In this document: positions 47,514-56,935 of the stretch, one piece after another
Layout of the letters: each line of letters starts with the position of its first letter
Position numbering within the stretch: position 1 is the first letter of the stretch
NCBI GenBank assembly: GCA_040755995.1
Contig: JBFMAF010000055.1
Span: forward strand, 128,001 to 192,000
DNA length: 64,000 bases
Source: Acidobacteriota bacterium
GTDB taxonomy: Bacteria > Acidobacteriota > CAIWXX01
Direction of reading: 5' to 3'
The notes under the pieces: model-generated
What the model was told of the DNA's origin: nothing
The model's input: only the letters and a program-made list of their open reading frames with translations
Databases searched by the model: none
Program-made: the position numbers and the translations under genes

Positions 47514-49595
47514 CTACTCCGCTTGATGTGTCACCGGGGACCGCGTAGTCCCTTTTTCACCGGTCTTGCGGTGCTCCCTTCGAAGCTTGCGTGAGCCGTT
47601 CTCTGCGCCCTCGGATGGCTGGGTCTGTCCGTGTTTCCGCTGCAGCTTTGGCTTCGGCTCTTTGCCCGCCCTCGGATACGCCGTCTGCGTAGTCTCATCC
47701 GGTTCGGAGCCCTCGCCGGCAACATCCGGGGACCCATATCCCTGGCCTGGATCGACGTATCCGAGTCCGGCCAGGGCAGCCACGTCTTCGGGGGAGGCGT
47801 TGACCTGGGTGGGTGGGGAGGCCGGTGCAAGGGACGCCTGGGTCTTGGCCCACAGCAAGTAGAGCTGATGCATGTAGCCGACGCGGAGCTCTCTTTCTTC
47901 CGCGACGTCGATTTTCTCGACCGGGTCGTCGGCAAGTTCGTAGAGTTCCCTTCTGTCGCCGTAGGCGGTGTACAGGTACCTGTACCCGTCGTCCATCACT
48001 CCATACGCTGGCGTATCGCCGGTTGTGCGCGTGAAGAGAGGCACATGTGCGAGTGATTCTCCACGGATAGCCGGAACCAGGCTCCGCCCCTGGAACGCGC
48101 CGGCCTGGGCATGAGCGTGTGCGAGCCCGGCCATGGTGGCGGCCACATCGATGATCCCGACGGGGTCGCCAACCGAACGGTATCCGGGAGAGGATGGCAG
48201 ATGCATCATGAGCGGGATTCTGGATGCTTCCTGGTAGAGCGTTTCGTTGTGGCCAAAGAAATCGTGCTCTCCGAGGGCCTCACCGTGGTCACCGAGCAGA
48301 AACAGCACGGTCCTTTCAAGGAGCTTCTGGGATCGCAGGTACTCCAGTAGCCGCCCGACCTCCGAGTCTACGTAGGACAGGTTCTCATCGTATCGGTGCG
48401 CAAGATAGCTCGAATCTTCGGGGGTCAAGGCCAGCTTGCCCGTGTTGACGAGCGTGAACAGATCGTCTGTCTGATTGTTGTCCTTGAGCGGTCCCGGGTA
48501 CCCGCCGGAGAATTTCCCGTAGAAGGGAGGAGGGGGACGGAGCGGACCGTGAGGCTCACGAAAGTGCAAGTACAGGAAGAACCTCTTGTCGGAGTGCGCG
48601 CGGAGCCAGTCGATTCCTGCATCGGCGACCTCGACGGCATCCACGACCCCCTTCCCGCCTGGTCGCTTGTACAGCTCCGATACCGTGTCGAAGCCACGCT
48701 CATAACCGTAGAGGGACGACGCATTGGGAGACGCAGTGATGAGACCGGTCTCCCATCCGGCTTCCTGCAGCACCTGGGCGATCGTCCGAGTATCGGGGCC
48801 GAGTCCATAGCCCTTCCGCACTGATCCGTGCCGGTCAGGGTACTCGGAGGTCAGCAGCGACCCAACCGATGCCTGCGTATAGACTGCTTCGCAGTAAGCA
48901 TTCTGGAACACCACCGAGTCCGCCGCGAAGCGATCGATGTTCGGTGTGGTATGCCCCCCGTATCCGTAACAGCCGAAGCGGTCTCGACGCGCGGCATCCA
49001 GCAGGACGATCATGAAGCTTGGTCCGGCGTCGGATGGGGCGCCGCCGCCCATCGTCGATCCGCTCGCGGCGGATGTCGAGACTGGCGAGGCACTGGAACG
49101 TCCTTCGACCCTGGGGTTGACCCAGATGCCCGTTGCCGGTTCGTTGTCTTCTGACTGGACCTTCAGCGTAACCCTCACGATTCCGCGTATTCGAGGCAAC
49201 GAAACTCGAATATTCTTCCGGAGACCGACGCGCCTGAGCAAGCGTCCGGTCCACCCATCTCTGTAGACCTGCACCGCATCTTTCTCGTCTTCGGTCCGCA
49301 CGGTTACCACGTACTCCGGAACGGGGCCTTTCGACGGGCCGTCGGGTGGCTCCGACCCTATTCCGAAAGCCAGCACCGAGTCCGCATCCAGCTTGATGTA
49401 GTACGAGATGGATGTTCCAGCCTTCTGGAAGATCTTGACGAACCCCGCGCTCACCGTGGTCTCCGGGCGCGCGTCGGCGGGCCCGTCCAATTCGGCCACG
49501 TCCACGTTCCTGCCCAGGTCGTAGACCTCGACTGCCTCCCGCCGCCCGCAGGCACTCAATGTGAGCGCCAAGATCACCACCACATACTTCCACAT
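47514..49595 (-). CDS. sulfatase-like (alkaline phosphatase superfamily) lipoprotein
   Basis: Lipobox LSAC; LLDAARRD, TPNIDRFA, FFLYLHFREPH, GDHGEALGEH..FGH, ELYEL..DP.E, LAGLGYV. Confidence 0.87.
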   Translation of the reverse strand: MWKYVVVILALTLSACGRREAVEVYDLGRNVDVAELDGPADARPETTVSAGFVKIFQKAGTSISYYIKLDADSVLAFGIGSEPPDGPSKGPVPEYVVTVRTEDEKDAVQVYRDGWTGRLLRRVGLRKNIRVSLPRIRGIVRVTLKVQSEDNEPATGIWVNPRVEGRSSASPVSTSAASGSTMGGGAPSDAGPSFMIVLLDAARRDRFGCYGYGGHTTPNIDRFAADSVVFQNAYCEAVYTQASVGSLLTSEYPDRHGSVRKGYGLGPDTRTIAQVLQEAGWETGLITASPNASSLYGYERGFDTVSELYKRPGGKGVVDAVEVADAGIDWLRAHSDKRFFLYLHFREPHGPLRPPPPFYGKFSGGYPGPLKDNNQTDDLFTLVNTGKLALTPEDSSYLAHRYDENLSYVDSEVGRLLEYLRSQKLLERTVLFLLGDHGEALGEHDFFGHNETLYQEASRIPLMMHLPSSPGYRSVGDPVGIIDVAATMAGLAHAHAQAGAFQGRSLVPAIRGESLAHVPLFTRTTGDTPAYGVMDDGYRYLYTAYGDRRELYELADDPVEKIDVAEERELRVGYMHQLYLLWAKTQASLAPASPPTQVNASPEDVAALAGLGYVDPGQGYGSPDVAGEGSEPDETTQTAYPRAGKEPKPKLQRKHGQTQPSEGAENGSRKLRREHRKTGEKGTTRSPVTHQAE

Positions 49596-50178
49596 GGCGG
49601 CCAGACCCTACCACACGGGATTCGGGGCGTCAATGCGAGGGAGGAGGAGGAGGAGTTGGGGAGAAGGAGAGTTGGGGCGGTATGCGGAATCCAAGGGGAT
49701 GCACCCGCGAGATGGCGGGATTCGAACCGGCAGCGACGTGGGTCCGGCCGTTGTAAAGGATGGCGACTGGGATTCGCCCACACAGTTCTCCGCGTGTCCG
49801 CGGGTTGTGGTGTGACAGATATGCCCATGGTAGAATCGGATCGTAGAATGACAATCAGTGCTCGAACCGTCGTCCGCGGCTGTGTGGGATGGTTCTTGCT
49901 GGCGTTTGGGGTCGCGGTACTCTCAACCTGCAGTGAGAAACCTGCGTGGGCGGCCCTGGCGGGGATACTGCTGGCTGCCTTGATAAGCGAGGTCCACGCC
50001 CAGGGACGATCCGCGGTACTGGCAGACTCGTGGGAGCCGTACTGCCACATCAAGGAACAGCACGCACGCTTCGGGTTCGGACTCCACCCGTGCGGTCCGG
50101 GCGTCACGGTGACACAATCTACCGCCCGACCTGCCGGCAACGGAGCTGGGCTCACCAAACCGATAGGTGGAGTGACGG

Positions 50179-51204
50179 ATGCTCAGGATCGATAGCCGGG
50201 CCCTTGCCGCCCTGTACCTCCTGGCCGTTCTGCCGGCCGGAGCTGCTCTGCATGTGTACCTGTGGAAGAGCGAAACCGCGTGGGAAGATGTCTACTATGC
50301 CTGGGTGGAAGGGCATCGCATCCTGGTGATGGAGAATCCATACGCCCGGATTCTGGATGGTGACATGCGGGAGAATCGTAAGTATGCCACGTACTTCCCG
50401 CTATTCTACGAGCTGTCATCGCTCGCACAGTTGGCCGGATTACGCCAGTACGGGCAGTGGATCGCTTTGTGGCGTTTCGCGTTCCTACTCTTCGACATGG
50501 GCATCACGGTTCTGATGTTCTATATCCCCTACCAGCGCAGGATGCCGTCACTGGCGGTCTTCGGCACCATGTTCTGGCTGTTCAACCGATGGACGTTGCA
50601 TGTCACGGAAGTGGCACACATCGACTTCATTCCGATCCTCTTCCTGCTGTGGTCATTGGCGCTGTTCGGGACACATCGTCGCTGGGCATTGCTGCTGATC
50701 AGCCTTTCTCTGGGGATGAAGCAGATCGCAATATTCGTAGTACCCCTCTACCTCATCTGGGTTTGGCAGGATACGCGCGAGAGCCAACTGAAGGAGGTCT
50801 TGAAGGCGGGTGCCCTGATCGCATCCGTTCCGGCGTTGGCATCCCTTCCGTTCATCATCTGGAACATGAGAGCTTTCGTCCTGTCCATCCTGTTCTCTGT
50901 GACCCGGAGTCCAGAGGGACATTTCGGCGTCATGTCAGTAGACACCTACCTGGGTCTCGATGGATTCCTGGCCAGACTGCCCATGCTCGGTCTGCTTGCG
51001 CTGTCGTACTGGCTCGTCTGGCGCCGAACGGTCGGCATGTACACTGCCGTTCTCTTGGTCTTGGCAGCTTTCACCGGCTTCAACCCGGTGCTGTTCCGAG
51101 TCTACCTGGCGTGGTTGACTCCTTTCCTCCCGTTGGCGGTGTGTGACTCCACCCCCCCAGGGATGCTGGGGGCCTCGACCTCTGAAAGAGTTGCGTCCTC
51201 CTGA
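50179..51204 (+). CDS. polytopic membrane protein, GT87/GT-C-like glycosyltransferase
   Basis: About 9 TM segments; DVYY..W...ENPY, TYFPLFY, LFN, HIDFIP, MKQ motifs typical of GT87-like proteins. Confidence 0.7.
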   Translation: MLRIDSRALAALYLLAVLPAGAALHVYLWKSETAWEDVYYAWVEGHRILVMENPYARILDGDMRENRKYATYFPLFYELSSLAQLAGLRQYGQWIALWRFAFLLFDMGITVLMFYIPYQRRMPSLAVFGTMFWLFNRWTLHVTEVAHIDFIPILFLLWSLALFGTHRRWALLLISLSLGMKQIAIFVVPLYLIWVWQDTRESQLKEVLKAGALIASVPALASLPFIIWNMRAFVLSILFSVTRSPEGHFGVMSVDTYLGLDGFLARLPMLGLLALSYWLVWRRTVGMYTAVLLVLAAFTGFNPVLFRVYLAWLTPFLPLAVCDSTPPGMLGASTSERVASS

Positions 51205-51303
51205 AGGGATGCCACACCGCGGCGCGCCTCGATCACACCAGCCGGGGGCGCCTCGGCTCGACATGACCTTCCCACTCTGTGCGGATCAGCGATAAGCCAG
51301 TCC

Positions 51304-53418
51304 ATGAGATCGGGGGCTCAATCAGCGCCACGTGCCGTGGACGAGTCGTCGCCTCCCGCGGTGCTCGAACGAACCACGCTGGCTGCGCTTGTGCTGCTGA
51401 GCGCAGCATGCGTGCTCGTGACTACCTTCCGGGATCTCGACTCGGATCTGTTCTGGCACCTCAAGTGCGGATACGACATCCTCGATTCCGGCTCGATCGG
51501 TCGCGTCGACGTGTATTCCTACACCGCGACAGGCGCCAGTTTCATCAATCATGAGTGGCTGAGCGAGGTTTTCCTGGCCCTCCTGCACTGGCTCGGCGGA
51601 TTCGACGCCATCGTGATCGCCAAGGCGTTCATCTGCGCCTGTCTCTTGCTGATGGTCGCCCGGGGCGCGCAAGCGCGAGGTGCGGGAGGAATCTCGATTG
51701 CATGGTGCGCGCTATACGCACTGCTTCTCTCGCGCTGGCGTCTCTTCGCGAAGCCCGAGTTGGCGGCCTTCTACTTCGTTCTCTTGTTCGACACGATCGC
51801 CACGCAGTACCTGCGCAGGGGGGATCGCAGGTACCTGGCATGGCTTCCACCGCTCGCGCTCGTGTGGGCCAACACGCACCTCTATGTTGCGGTCGGCATC
51901 CTGGTCCTGTTGATCCATGCGATAGGGGAGGCTGTTGGCCGCGGGTTTCTGGGAAGGGACGGGGGCCGCGGTAGTCCTCGCTTCCTAGGGCTCATTGCAG
52001 CCGCCTGCGCGGCCGTCAGCCTCATCAACCCGCTCGGGCCGCGCCTCTACCTGCCTGCGATTCAGATCTATACATCTTCGTCTCTGCGTCTGTCGATGGT
52101 GATGGAGTGGATGCCGCCCACGTATTCGGGATTCCCGCTCTTCTTCCTTCTCGCAATCCCGGCAACTTGCATTCTGCTCGTCACGCTCCGCCGCGCACCA
52201 CTCCAGGACGTGGCGCTCTGGGCCGGGACCATGGTGCTTGCATTCCGGTCCTGCCGGCACATCGAGCTCTTCGCGCTCGTCTCCGCCCCTATTCTCGCGC
52301 GGCAGCTCGGGTGGGCACTGGACGGCCTGAAGCGCTGGACTGCCCGCGTGCTGCCTGCCATTCGCCCTTCTTCCGACCCGAAGCTGCGCCTCCTGCTGTT
52401 CGCCGCAACTCTGCTCTGGGCGGTCACCACGCTGCTTTCGCATCATCACAGTCTGCTCCATCAAGACGCCAGTCGCCAGTTCATCTTCGGCACGGGGCTC
52501 GACCGCCGCGCGATCCCCGATGCCACTGTGGACCTCGTCGAGTCCCGTGCGCTGAAGGGGCCTCTGTACAACAGTTACGATTTGGGTGGCTACCTGATCT
52601 GGCGTTGCGTGCCGCGCCTCAAGGTGTTCATCGACGGCCGCCACACGATGTACGAAGGGCTTCTGGAATGGATCGAGACTCACAGGGCACGTGAGATGCT
52701 CGATCACTTCGGAATCCAGTTGGCGATAGTGAGCTACCGCGATCCACTTGCTCTTGCGGCGCTGCGGGCGGACCCCCGCTTTCGGCTAGTGTGCTACGAC
52801 GACGCCTCCATGCTTTTCCTGCGGTCTCCGACTCCGGAAGGCACTGTCATTCCGTATCGGTATCTTCGTCCCGAGGACCTCTCGTTCTCGTGGTTCGGGG
52901 AGCTGAGCGCGGAGGCGCGCGAGGCCGCGCATCTGGAGGCGCGCAGGGCCGTCCGTGAAGCCCCGGGCTCCTCCCGCGCCTGGGCTCTGCTGGGTCGCAT
53001 CTCTCGGCGCACTGGTGATCGACCCGAGGCGGTCGATGCTCTCCTGAGGGCTGTGCGGCTCGATCCGTCCAACATGCCGCTCCGCAACGAGCTGGGGACT
53101 GCCTACATGGAGGCGGGGCTGCTGGTGGATGCGTTGGAGCAGTTCCGCGAGGCCGCAGCGATGAATCCTGGTGCCGCATCCTCCTACCACAACCAGGGCC
53201 TGGTGCTATACAGGCTGGGTGAGGATGCGGCCGCTCTGCGGGCCTTCAAACAGGCTGTGCGGTGCGAAGGACACTCGGAGGAGGCCTATTTGTTCCTGGG
53301 ACTGCTGGAGCAAGACCGTGCGGCCGCCCGCAGCGCCCTCCTGCATTTCCTGCGGACGTCCACCGACTCCGGTCTCCGGCGCCAGGCCGAGCAACGCCTC
53401 AAGGAGCTGGATCACTGA
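51304..53418 (+). CDS. polytopic GT-C-like membrane protein with C-terminal TPRs
   Basis: DSDLFWHLKCG, NHEWLSEV, WANTH, INPLG, EWMP, YNSYDLGGYLIW, FIDGR; TPR repeats at the C-terminus. Confidence 0.78.
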   Translation: MRSGAQSAPRAVDESSPPAVLERTTLAALVLLSAACVLVTTFRDLDSDLFWHLKCGYDILDSGSIGRVDVYSYTATGASFINHEWLSEVFLALLHWLGGFDAIVIAKAFICACLLLMVARGAQARGAGGISIAWCALYALLLSRWRLFAKPELAAFYFVLLFDTIATQYLRRGDRRYLAWLPPLALVWANTHLYVAVGILVLLIHAIGEAVGRGFLGRDGGRGSPRFLGLIAAACAAVSLINPLGPRLYLPAIQIYTSSSLRLSMVMEWMPPTYSGFPLFFLLAIPATCILLVTLRRAPLQDVALWAGTMVLAFRSCRHIELFALVSAPILARQLGWALDGLKRWTARVLPAIRPSSDPKLRLLLFAATLLWAVTTLLSHHHSLLHQDASRQFIFGTGLDRRAIPDATVDLVESRALKGPLYNSYDLGGYLIWRCVPRLKVFIDGRHTMYEGLLEWIETHRAREMLDHFGIQLAIVSYRDPLALAALRADPRFRLVCYDDASMLFLRSPTPEGTVIPYRYLRPEDLSFSWFGELSAEAREAAHLEARRAVREAPGSSRAWALLGRISRRTGDRPEAVDALLRAVRLDPSNMPLRNELGTAYMEAGLLVDALEQFREAAAMNPGAASSYHNQGLVLYRLGEDAAALRAFKQAVRCEGHSEEAYLFLGLLEQDRAAARSALLHFLRTSTDSGLRRQAEQRLKELDH

Positions 53419-53516
53419 CGCGATCGGCGCACCATGCCCTGGCACCCCCCGGCGTCCTGACGCGTGGCACGATGGGGGTTTTTGCATCGCCTCTCGCTCA
53501 GGAGTAGGATGCCCGG

Positions 53517-55913
53517 ATGCTGCTCTACGTTCTCGTGCTCATCTCGGGCTTCTCCAGCCTGATCTACGAGATCGTCTGGATGAGGGCCTTGTCGCTCATC
53601 TACGGCAACACTGCTTACGCCACCGGAATGATTCTGGCGCTGTTCATGGGCGGGATGGCAGCGGGAGCATTCGCATTCGGCCGATCCGAAGTCGAGAGAC
53701 CGGTCCGGCTGTATGGGGTCTTGGAGGGGATAGTAGGAGTCTGGGGGCTGTGTGGGACCCTGCTTCTCGACCATGTCCAGCAGTGGTACGTCGGGGTGTC
53801 GGGGGTCTACGGGCTCGAGACTGCAGTTCGATCTCTGATGCTCGCCGCTCTGATCCTGCCTCCGACATTCCTCATGGGCGCCAGCCTTCCGCTTCTTCTC
53901 AGGGCCCGGATGGACTTCGAGCGACGCGGGATGATCGGCGGTTTGATATACGGGATCAATACGGTCGGTGGGCTCCTGGGCACCCTGTTCTCCGGCTTCT
54001 GGTCCATCCCGTGGGTCGGCCTGCGCACCACGGTGCTGGTGGCCGTGACGGGCAACGTAGTCGTCTGCGCGGCCGCTCTGGCATATCGCGAGGTTTCTAG
54101 GCCGCGGCAGGCAAGCGCTTCAGGGGGCACGCTGCCGCCAGCCCGGGACCTGCTGCTGGCGTTCTTCTTGTGTGGCGCTTCGTCGCTCTCGCTCGAAGTG
54201 TACTGGACCCGCATCCTGGTGCTGGAGATCGGGAGCTCCGTGTACGCGTACAGCCTGCTGCTCGCCACCTTCCTGCTGGGAGTGGGACTCGGCAGCATCC
54301 TCGGGGGTTTCGTTGCGGATCACATGAGGAGTGGGTTGCGAATGACCCTGGCATGCCTGGAAGTGGGGCTGGCGTTGTCGGTCTTCCTGCAGTACAAGCT
54401 CATCGCCGGGTTCGCGATGAGGACCGGCGCGATCGATGCGTTCTTGTCGCCGCTGGGGCCGTTCGCCGCGCAGAGCCTCGCTCTCCTTCTCAACACCGCT
54501 CAGTTCGTGATCGTCCCAACTGCCATCATGGGAGCGTCGTTTCCGATTCTGCTCAGAGTAGCAGCGGTGCGGCCCGGAGCCGAGCAGAGAGAGGCCGGGA
54601 ACCTGTATCTTGCCAACACGGCGGGAGGCGTTCTCGGCGCTCTGATGTCCAGCTTTCTCGTCCTGCAGTTACTGGGCGCGCATCACGGCATGTACCTTGC
54701 CACCATCTTGAACCTGGCCGCTGCGGTCTGCCTGATGCGAGGACAGCCGGGGAGGAGGGCGCTGTACAGCGCCGTGGCAGTGGCGCTCGTGATCGATGGG
54801 GTGCTCTGGTGGTCCCCGAGCATCCTTCTGCGGAGCTACCTTCTGACTCCTGCGTCCGGCCGGCGGCTGGTCTCGTTTGCCGAGGACGCCAGCGCGACGG
54901 TGACGGTGGAGGAGGTGCAGACTGTGCCTCCGTGGCGCTCCGTCAGCGTGAACGGAGTGAATGTCGCGGGGACGGCTCCCGATCTGCTCGACATCCAGTC
55001 CCTTCAAGGACACCTCCCGCTGCTCCTCGCCGACACTCCACGCACCGTCCTCCACATCGGATTCGGGAGCGGCGGGACGGCGCACGCCGTGTCGACCCAC
55101 GGTGTGACAGAGATCCGAGTTGCCGAGATCTCACCCGCGGTGGTGGGCCAGGCAAGCAGGTTCTTCCGAGACGTGAACCGCGGTGTCTTCGACGACCCTC
55201 GCCTTTCCTTCTGGTACGGAGACGGGCGCAACTATCTTCTGAGATCGAACGAGACCTTCGACGTGATTCTGTCAGATTCCATCCATCCTCGCTACAGCGG
55301 GAATGGAAGCCTGTACACCGAGGAGTACTATGAGCTGTGCCGGTCGCGCCTCGCCGAGGGTGGCGTGGTGTCCCAGTGGCTGCCCCTCTACACTCTGACC
55401 CCGAACAACTTCAAGATGATCCTGCGGGCGTTCGTCGACGTCTTTCCGTCCACGACAGTGTGGTACGTACATTCCACGGTCAATCCCTTCACAGTAGTCA
55501 TAGGGAAGAAGCGACGCGGACCTCCGATTCAGCTGCACAACCTCATCCTGGCCCTTCGTCGCCCCGCCGTGAGCAAAAACCTCGCCGAACGTGGTCACGC
55601 CGACCCGATCAGAATCCTCAGCTACTTCGTCGCCGGTGGCCCGAGGCTGGCGTCTCTGCTCTCAACCGTACCACCCCACCGGGATGATCGCCCGCTGGTG
55701 GAGTACGAGTCGGGGCGGCTGGTCGGGAGGGAGACGTGGTACGACAACTTCGAGTTCCTGCGCACCGCTCTGGGACCGGTCACGGAGTCCATCGACTGGA
55801 CCGGAATCGGCGGGCGGGACGCAGCCGAAATCGCCCTGGAGATCGACTCACATCGCGTGCGAGCAATCCTGGAAGACCAGAGCAAGCTCCTCCGGGGCCG
55901 AGCCTACTATTAG
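53517..55913 (+). CDS. fused membrane domain/spermidine-synthase-like SAM-binding protein
   Basis: SGFSSLIYEIVW.R, duplicated Y..NT.GG.LG motif, VLHIGFGSGGT, GDGRNYL, DVILSD, LYTEEYY, QWLPLY. Confidence 0.87.
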   Translation: MLLYVLVLISGFSSLIYEIVWMRALSLIYGNTAYATGMILALFMGGMAAGAFAFGRSEVERPVRLYGVLEGIVGVWGLCGTLLLDHVQQWYVGVSGVYGLETAVRSLMLAALILPPTFLMGASLPLLLRARMDFERRGMIGGLIYGINTVGGLLGTLFSGFWSIPWVGLRTTVLVAVTGNVVVCAAALAYREVSRPRQASASGGTLPPARDLLLAFFLCGASSLSLEVYWTRILVLEIGSSVYAYSLLLATFLLGVGLGSILGGFVADHMRSGLRMTLACLEVGLALSVFLQYKLIAGFAMRTGAIDAFLSPLGPFAAQSLALLLNTAQFVIVPTAIMGASFPILLRVAAVRPGAEQREAGNLYLANTAGGVLGALMSSFLVLQLLGAHHGMYLATILNLAAAVCLMRGQPGRRALYSAVAVALVIDGVLWWSPSILLRSYLLTPASGRRLVSFAEDASATVTVEEVQTVPPWRSVSVNGVNVAGTAPDLLDIQSLQGHLPLLLADTPRTVLHIGFGSGGTAHAVSTHGVTEIRVAEISPAVVGQASRFFRDVNRGVFDDPRLSFWYGDGRNYLLRSNETFDVILSDSIHPRYSGNGSLYTEEYYELCRSRLAEGGVVSQWLPLYTLTPNNFKMILRAFVDVFPSTTVWYVHSTVNPFTVVIGKKRRGPPIQLHNLILALRRPAVSKNLAERGHADPIRILSYFVAGGPRLASLLSTVPPHRDDRPLVEYESGRLVGRETWYDNFEFLRTALGPVTESIDWTGIGGRDAAEIALEIDSHRVRAILEDQSKLLRGRAYY

Positions 55914-55977
55914 CAAGGCGCGGCATCGGACGGACAAAGCATGCGAGGCCGCTCTGGCCGCGCGTCTCGTCCCCCCC

Positions 55978-56010
55978 AAAAAAAAGCAGCCCACGTTGCC
56001 GTGGGCTGCT
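55978..56010 (-). terminator. intrinsic terminator of the pilin gene
   Basis: Minus strand AGCAGCCCACG-GCAA-CGTGGGCTGCT followed by a T-run, 20 nt after the pilin stop. Confidence 0.88.
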
Positions 56011-56030
56011 GCGAAGCGCGAGAAACTGCT

Positions 56031-56498
56031 CTACTTCTGTGCAGGCGACCAGGAGAACTGGCCGTCCGAGAAGTAGATGTCGTAGTAGAACGATTTGTTG
56101 TCGTACTCGCCGGTGGCTGCACCACTAGTGGTCCTGTCACGGCCGAAGCTGTAGAGAGAATAGGAGAAACCGCCGGTGCCGAATGCGCCAGACTGCAGGT
56201 AGTTCAGGTCCGTCCGCCAGCCATCAAGGGTCGGGATTACCTTGATGTAGAAGGGCACGAAAAACACCTTGTTCAGAGCAGTGTTCACCGTGCCGGTAGT
56301 GCCTGGGCAACTCGCTTCGTCGACGATGTACTCTTCAATCGCCGTCCCGATGTTACGGATGTCGCCAGAAGTCCTCTTCTGCTTGCCGCGCTGAATGGCC
56401 GTGATCAAGTTCGGAATCGCGATCGCTGCGATGATTCCGATGATCGCTACGACGATCAGCAACTCAACGAGCGTGAACCCCTTTTGCCTTTTCGCCAT
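56031..56498 (-). CDS. type IV pilin / GspG-like prepilin
   Basis: MAKRQKG|FTLVELLIVVAIIGIIAAIAIP class III signal peptide with E5; DGW...Y and YSFGRD GspG-like motifs; RBS GGAGGTG. Confidence 0.92.
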   Translation of the reverse strand: MAKRQKGFTLVELLIVVAIIGIIAAIAIPNLITAIQRGKQKRTSGDIRNIGTAIEEYIVDEASCPGTTGTVNTALNKVFFVPFYIKVIPTLDGWRTDLNYLQSGAFGTGGFSYSLYSFGRDRTTSGAATGEYDNKSFYYDIYFSDGQFSWSPAQK

Positions 56499-56537
56499 GC
56501 TTTCACCTCCATTTGTTTGATGGCACACATCCTTCCT

Positions 56538-56553
56538 TGCAAGACCAGTGCCA
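56538..56553 (-). promoter_or_regulatory. sigma-54 (-24/-12) promoter of the pilin gene
   Basis: Minus strand TGGCAC-TGGTC-TTGCA matches TGGCAC-N5-TTGCW, 40 nt upstream of the start codon. Confidence 0.85.
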
Positions 56554-56800
56554 GGTAACTCCACGTGGTCAAGCCCTCCAAGGTCTGGAAATCAAAGCGT
56601 TTCCATCATGGCCTGCCTGGACGGAGAGACAAAAATTGTCACCTATTCGGCCAAGATTTGTACCTGAACACAGGCCCGGCGTTCGGCAGCGTAGCCATTC
56701 CCGATACCGCTCCCAGTCGGTGGCGAGTACGGGGATGGACCTCCAGCCTCGGGGGTACGATAAAACCGCGTGGGTCTGAGGCGTAACCTCGCTGGCCTCC

Positions 56801-56826
56801 GAGTCGGAGTCGGAGTCGGAGTCGGA
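56801..56826. repeat. GAGTCG hexamer tandem repeat x4
   Basis: gagtcggagtcggagtcggagtcgga in the pilin/GT2 divergent intergenic region. Confidence 0.8.
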
Positions 56827-56935
56827 TGGCATACTTGGACAGCGGCACTGAGAGTATGATAGACGTTACGCATGCGGGCACGAGTGGAACCAGAGGTTCG
56901 CCAGCCAGGTCCACGCGATCTCGCGAGGCCCGACG

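Noticed and set aside
49700..49795. Intact tRNA gene on the minus strand
   Set aside because: Only a T-loop-like motif is present; no clean acceptor stem, D arm, anticodon arm or CCA
49656..50195. 179-aa ORF with two hydrophobic stretches
   Set aside because: No recognisable motif or clear RBS; could be a gene remnant but cannot be supported
53465..53486. TGGCAC...TTGCA upstream of the spermidine-synthase-like gene as a sigma-54 promoter
   Set aside because: Spacing is much longer than the strict 5 nt required
56031..56498. Aromatic-rich pilin (about 21 of 148 mature residues by my count) as an electrically conductive e-pilin
   Set aside because: There is no aromatic residue between F1 and Y50, so the positions 24/27 typical of proposed e-pilins are missing
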